Of a stretch of 64,000 nt of DNA, positions 60,482-64,000 are shown one piece after another. Source of the DNA: Acidimicrobiales bacterium (GTDB lineage: Bacteria > Actinomycetota > Acidimicrobiia > Acidimicrobiales > Aldehydirespiratoraceae); the NCBI GenBank assembly GCA_963422745.1, contig OY730477.1:1272880-1336879 (forward strand). Direction: 5' to 3'. Positions within the stretch are counted from its first letter, which is position 1. Each line of letters opens with the position of its first letter. A program made the position numbers and the translations under genes. Under the pieces are notes generated by a model. The model worked only from the letters and a program-made list of their open reading frames with translations, did not search any database and was not told where the DNA came from.

Positions 60482-61435
60482 ATGAAGATTCTCCGGGACC
60501 GAACCGACCGACTGCCCCGAACCATTGAGGTGGCGTCCACGATCGGTGTGTTTGATGGTGTTCACGTCGGGCACCAGGAAATTCTTCGGACCGTTCGCGC
60601 AGTGGGCGATCGAATCGGGGTCGAATCGGCTGTCGTGACTTTCGACGGGCACCCCGCACATGTGGTACGACCGGAGAGCGCGCCTTTGCTGTTAACGAGC
60701 CTTGAGCAGAAACTTGAGCTGATTGAGGCGCAGGGCATTGACTATGCCTACGTAATCAACTTTGACGAGGAGCGGGCGGCCACAGGGCCCGAAGCCTTCG
60801 TTGGGCAGGTATTCATCGAAGCTCTTCACGCCAAAGCGATCGTGGTAGGCGTCGATTTTCATTTCGGGGCTCGCCGCTCCGGCAACGTAGTTGCGCTTGC
60901 TCATCTCGGTGAGATCTGGGATTTTGAAGTTCACGCTCTTGAATTGATCCACCACAGCGACAAGGCACGCGAGCCGGTGTCGTCGACGAAAATACGCCGA
61001 GCACTCGCTGGTGGCGATGTTGAGAGAGCCGCGGCGATGCTCGGGCGTCACCATGAGGTGCGTGGCGTCGTTTGTCACGGCGATCGAAGAGGTCACCAGA
61101 TCGGGTTTCCGACCGCCAACATTCCGGTTCCCAAGAACATGGCTTGGCCTGCCGATGCGGTTTACGCTGGCTGGTGCAGGCTTGATGACGGCTCACTGCA
61201 TCCCTGCGCAATTAACATCGGCCGGCGCCCGACGTTTCATGAACATTCTGAGCAGTCGCTACTTGAGGTTCACCTGATCAACTTCAGCGGTGACCTCTAC
61301 GGTCAGCAACTCGCTGTGTCCTTTGTGGCGTTCCTTCGTAGCGAACGCAAGTTCCAAGGCGTAGACGAACTGGTAGAACAACTCAATACCGACGTCGCCG
61401 ACGCCCAATCGCTGTTGACCGAAGCGAACCGCTGA
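60482..61435 (+). CDS. ribF: bifunctional riboflavin kinase / FMN adenylyltransferase
   Basis: Contains GVFDGVHVGHQ, GFPTAN and the C-terminal riboflavin-kinase domain. Confidence 0.95.
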   Translation: MKILRDRTDRLPRTIEVASTIGVFDGVHVGHQEILRTVRAVGDRIGVESAVVTFDGHPAHVVRPESAPLLLTSLEQKLELIEAQGIDYAYVINFDEERAATGPEAFVGQVFIEALHAKAIVVGVDFHFGARRSGNVVALAHLGEIWDFEVHALELIHHSDKAREPVSSTKIRRALAGGDVERAAAMLGRHHEVRGVVCHGDRRGHQIGFPTANIPVPKNMAWPADAVYAGWCRLDDGSLHPCAINIGRRPTFHEHSEQSLLEVHLINFSGDLYGQQLAVSFVAFLRSERKFQGVDELVEQLNTDVADAQSLLTEANR

Positions 61436-61436
61436 A

Positions 61437-62069
61437 ATGTTCACGGATCCCAACAAACACGCGACTATCCCCGGCGACGTCGTCGTCCGCTTCGCGTCGG
61501 CACGTGTACCAACCCGCCATGGCGACTTCACGGCCCATGCCTACCGCTCATCGGTTGACGGAACCGAGCATGTGGCATATGTGATGGGTGATGTTGACAG
61601 TGGTGCCCCGCCTCTTGTTCGGATGCACAGCGAATGTCTCACCGGTGACATTTTGGGGTCGATGCGTTGTGATTGTGGTGCGCAGCTCCGAGTTGCCTTA
61701 TCCATGATTGAGACTGAAAACCGCGGCGTGCTTGTCTATCTTCGCGGTCATGAGGGGCGCGGTATCGGGATCGGACACAAGCTCCGGGCCTACGCTTTGC
61801 AAGACGACGGTCTCGACACGGTGGAAGCCAACGAAGCGCAGGGACTGCCAGCAGATTCCCGATCCTACGGTGCGGGTGCGGGCATCCTGGCGGACTTGGG
61901 CGTGTCGCGGATTCGAATCATGACCAACAATCCCAAAAAGATTGACGAACTCAACTGGTGCGGCATTGACATAGTGCAGCGGGTGCCATTGTGGGTTGAG
62001 GCCAATCCCGAGAACGTCAGCTACCTCGAAACCAAGCGGACACGCATGGGTCACTACTTTGACAAGTAG
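61437..62069 (+). CDS. ribA: GTP cyclohydrolase II (stand-alone, no DHBP-synthase domain)
   Basis: Contains RMHSECLTGDILGSMRCDCGAQL (Zn cysteines) and EGRGIGIGHKLRAY. The start lies 1 nt after the ribF stop. Confidence 0.9.
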   Translation: MFTDPNKHATIPGDVVVRFASARVPTRHGDFTAHAYRSSVDGTEHVAYVMGDVDSGAPPLVRMHSECLTGDILGSMRCDCGAQLRVALSMIETENRGVLVYLRGHEGRGIGIGHKLRAYALQDDGLDTVEANEAQGLPADSRSYGAGAGILADLGVSRIRIMTNNPKKIDELNWCGIDIVQRVPLWVEANPENVSYLETKRTRMGHYFDK

Positions 62070-62129
62070 CAACCGATCAACAACAGCTAGCAACCGATCA
62101 ACAACAGCTAGCAACCGATCAACAACAGC
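62067..62129. repeat. 21-nt tandem repeat x3, each unit beginning with the ribA stop codon TAG
   Basis: TAGCAACCGATCAACAACAGC occurs at 62067, 62088 and 62109. All three TAGs are in the ribA frame. Confidence 0.95.
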
Positions 62130-62148
62130 GCTGGACATGGCTATGTCG

Positions 62149-62385
62149 CAGGACTGCCAATGGTTCGTGTCCGGGCTTGACGCCGAGCACCGTAACGTCA
62201 GCGCGTGAAGCCGTAGGACTGCCAATGGTTCGTGTCCGGGCTTGACGCCGAGCACCGTAACGTCAGCGCGTGAAGCCGTAGGACTGCCAATGGTTCGTGT
62301 CCGGGATTGACCGTAAGTGAGATTATCAACCCACTTGCCCCGTAGGACTGCCAATGGTTCGTGTCCGGGCTTGACGGTGTCGGCA
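62149..62385. repeat. 64-65-bp tandem repeat, 3 full units plus 1 partial; the first 29 nt are invariant (36-nt consensus core) and the remainder is less conserved
   Basis: GGACTGCCAATGGTTCGTGTCCGGG starts at 62151, 62216, 62281 and 62345. Units 1 and 2 are identical. Unit 3 has a different second half. Confidence 0.9.
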
Positions 62386-62535
62386 ACACTTGGCTGTGAA
62401 CCGGGTGTCTCTAAGCCGGTCTCGGATCAGAAAGCGCTTAAGGTGAGATTAGTTCGAACGCTGATCCGGTGATGTGCTGTTGTGTTGATTCCAGGGGTCA
62501 TAGTAGCCGGGCGCGCTGGCGGTGTCGGCCTTGGG

Positions 62536-63726
62536 TCAGATATTGGTTTCGGCCCAGTAGTGGACGTGGCAGCGGTGCCTTAGCGAGCCGGGTGACCAAC
62601 GACCCCAGATTCCCCCGACCGCGGAACTGCTGCGGTCAGTCCATGCGATACATGCAGGGTCGGCAACCCGCCGCACGACCTGTCGAACACCTTCAGCGTG
62701 CACTTCGTAGCCTGCCCAGACACCGGGGTAGTCCTTTGTGGACGACACCTCAGTTATCAGAGCGGTTCCGAATGTACGGATGCGGTTGCGGTGAGTATGA
62801 CCCGAGGAGATGATGAGGTTCGGGTTGACCTCCAGCAACCGATTCAACAGCGGTGTTCCTTCTCGATGTTTCACACCGAAAGGCAGGAACCGAGGGATCG
62901 TGGAATCCTGGAAGTGATGATGGGTGAAAACCAGCACTGGACTGCCGGTGTCGATTGCCTCACAGAGATCTTTGAGTCTGGGCGCGATCCGACCCGAGTT
63001 GTGACCCGGCACTGTGGAGTCCACGGCCACGACGCGTGTCGAGCCTTGATCTTGCCAGTGAACCGGATGAGGGAACAGGTTCCGGCGTCGTAGCTCCGCA
63101 GCGCCATCAAGTGGCCCGAATACGTCGTGGTTGCCGGGAATGGCCAGGATCGGCATATTGATGTCGGCGAGCAACTCGTCAAAAAGTTCCCACTCCACCC
63201 CATTGTGGGTGATGTCGCCTTTGATCACGAGCAGTTCGGCACCCCATTCCCTGGCCTCGTGAGCAGCCGCCTTCGCGCAACGAAACGGAGTCGATTCGTC
63301 TGGGTGACGGATCTGTTTCAGTAGGCCGAACCCGGTCTCACCGAGATGAAGGTCACCGATCGTGGCGAACCGGACTAACGGATCGCCCGACAGGGCCGGT
63401 TGGGTTGTCACTGTGAGCGCCCCTACCGGATGCTCTCCAGCAGTCACGGCGATTCGATAGCGCGTGTCGGGCCGCAGACCCGTGATCTCGCCCGCACCGA
63501 CCCATCCGTTCTCGCCGAGCTGTTTGGCGTCAACTCCGTTGGCATTGAACAGGTTGGCGTCAACGCGTTTGTGCGATGCCTGTGTGGGTGGCGTTGCGTC
63601 AAGCGCTTCGGCGTATGCACGAACGGGGCCAGCCGGTAGGCCTCGCCAGGTGAGTTGCGCGCCAACATCCGATACTGCAAACACCTCTAAAGGTGCCAAA
63701 CCGGTAAAAGGCAGTGTCGTGACCAC
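62536..63726 (-). CDS. calcineurin-like metallophosphoesterase with an N-terminal beta-sandwich (purple-acid-phosphatase-like) domain
   Basis: Contains the motifs GDLHLGE, GDITHNG, GNHD, FTHHH and GHTHRN. GTG start. Confidence 0.85.
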   Translation of the reverse strand: MVTTLPFTGLAPLEVFAVSDVGAQLTWRGLPAGPVRAYAEALDATPPTQASHKRVDANLFNANGVDAKQLGENGWVGAGEITGLRPDTRYRIAVTAGEHPVGALTVTTQPALSGDPLVRFATIGDLHLGETGFGLLKQIRHPDESTPFRCAKAAAHEAREWGAELLVIKGDITHNGVEWELFDELLADINMPILAIPGNHDVFGPLDGAAELRRRNLFPHPVHWQDQGSTRVVAVDSTVPGHNSGRIAPRLKDLCEAIDTGSPVLVFTHHHFQDSTIPRFLPFGVKHREGTPLLNRLLEVNPNLIISSGHTHRNRIRTFGTALITEVSSTKDYPGVWAGYEVHAEGVRQVVRRVADPACIAWTDRSSSAVGGIWGRWSPGSLRHRCHVHYWAETNI

Positions 63727-63735
63727 TCTGCTACG

Positions 63736-64000
63736 TCAAGGCCCCATACAGTCGGTCAACCATGCCGCGAATCTCAGCGATTCGCGGTCGCCGAAAGCGC
63801 TATTGATGCGTTGTCGCTCAAGGAGTTGCGCAATCTGGCGGGCAGCTTGAGGAACTGGATTGTCGGCCAGGAAACCAGCAATTCGTTCCACGTCGCTGGG
63901 TGTATTCAAGGTGACAATCCCAGCCAGCATTCGTGAGATGGAGTTACCAGGAAAGCGTCTGTTCAGGTCGTTCCAATGCTCTTCGATGAAGGCCCACACA
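63736..64000 (-). CDS. pepN: C-terminal fragment of an M1-family aminopeptidase N-like protein (start lies outside the window)
   Basis: HWNDLNRRFPGNSISRMLAGIVTLNTPSDVERIAGFLADNPVPQAARQIAQLLERQRINSAF resembles the ERAP1-like C-terminal domain of actinobacterial PepN. Recalled similarity only. Confidence 0.55.
   Translation of the reverse strand, partial: VWAFIEEHWNDLNRRFPGNSISRMLAGIVTLNTPSDVERIAGFLADNPVPQAARQIAQLLERQRINSAFGDRESLRFAAWLTDCMGP

Noticed and set aside
62067-62129. TAG recoding (pyrrolysine or programmed read-through) at the triple TAG after ribA.
   Set aside because: There are no pyl genes or recoding signals in the window. The pattern is explained by duplication of a 21-nt unit that happens to start at the stop codon.
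62149-62385. Possible CRISPR array (36-nt repeat with spacers of about 29 nt). The 33863-34100 array has similar geometry.
   Set aside because: There are only 3-4 units, two of the spacers are identical, and the repeats in the 33.9-kb array are themselves degenerate and alignable across the spacer parts. No cas genes or leader occur anywhere in the 64 kb. Each array has a different repeat sequence. They are reported as tandem repeats instead.
62422-62468. The 8-bp inverted repeat CGGATCAG...CTGATCCG, with GTTCGAAC in its 31-nt loop, as a tRNA-like element or terminator.
   Set aside because: No cloverleaf can be drawn, the T-loop consensus is absent and there is no U-tract. I could not recognise any tRNA anywhere in the window.

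Overview
This is a 64-kb, gene-dense stretch of a high-GC, Actinomycetota-type chromosome. I support about 62 CDS and one frameshifted gene. I found no tRNA, rRNA, cas genes, transposase, prophage or reverse-transcriptase genes. Positions 1-31.8 kb are a mixed metabolic neighbourhood: pyrE, a rhomboid protease, SDR-family enzymes, two P450s, three adenylate-forming acyl-CoA ligases, an F420/LLM-type oxidoreductase, an MFS pump, AlkD- and AlkA-type alkylation repair genes, an ATP-dependent DNA ligase, an ABC-F ATPase, surE, an aminotransferase and two fold-type-II PLP enzymes. Positions 31.9-62 kb are the conserved translation and envelope backbone: ftsY, ffh-rpsP-KH-rimM-trmD-rplS, yraN, comM-dprA-xerC, M23 peptidase, rpsB-tsf-pyrH-frr-cdsA-dxr-rseP-ispG, rimP-nusA-infB-rbfA-truB-ribF-ribA. 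The main signal the gene map does not explain is non-coding. About a dozen intergenic spacers, including spacers inside the most conserved operons, carry tandem direct repeats. Six arrays with unrelated sequences share a 63-68 bp spacing, and two arrays share a GTTTGGTG core. Five arrays are duplications of a gene's 3' terminus, four of them including the stop codon; the copied genes are the MFS transporter, the PG-binding protein, rplS, truB and ribA. Secondary points are a frameshifted enoyl-CoA hydratase, an acyl-AMP ligase followed by two atypical PLP enzymes, an M23 peptidase fused to an alpha/beta-hydrolase, and a few departures from expected synteny. I cannot show that any of this is a new biological system. 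The repeat architecture is the best candidate and needs genome-wide and experimental checks.
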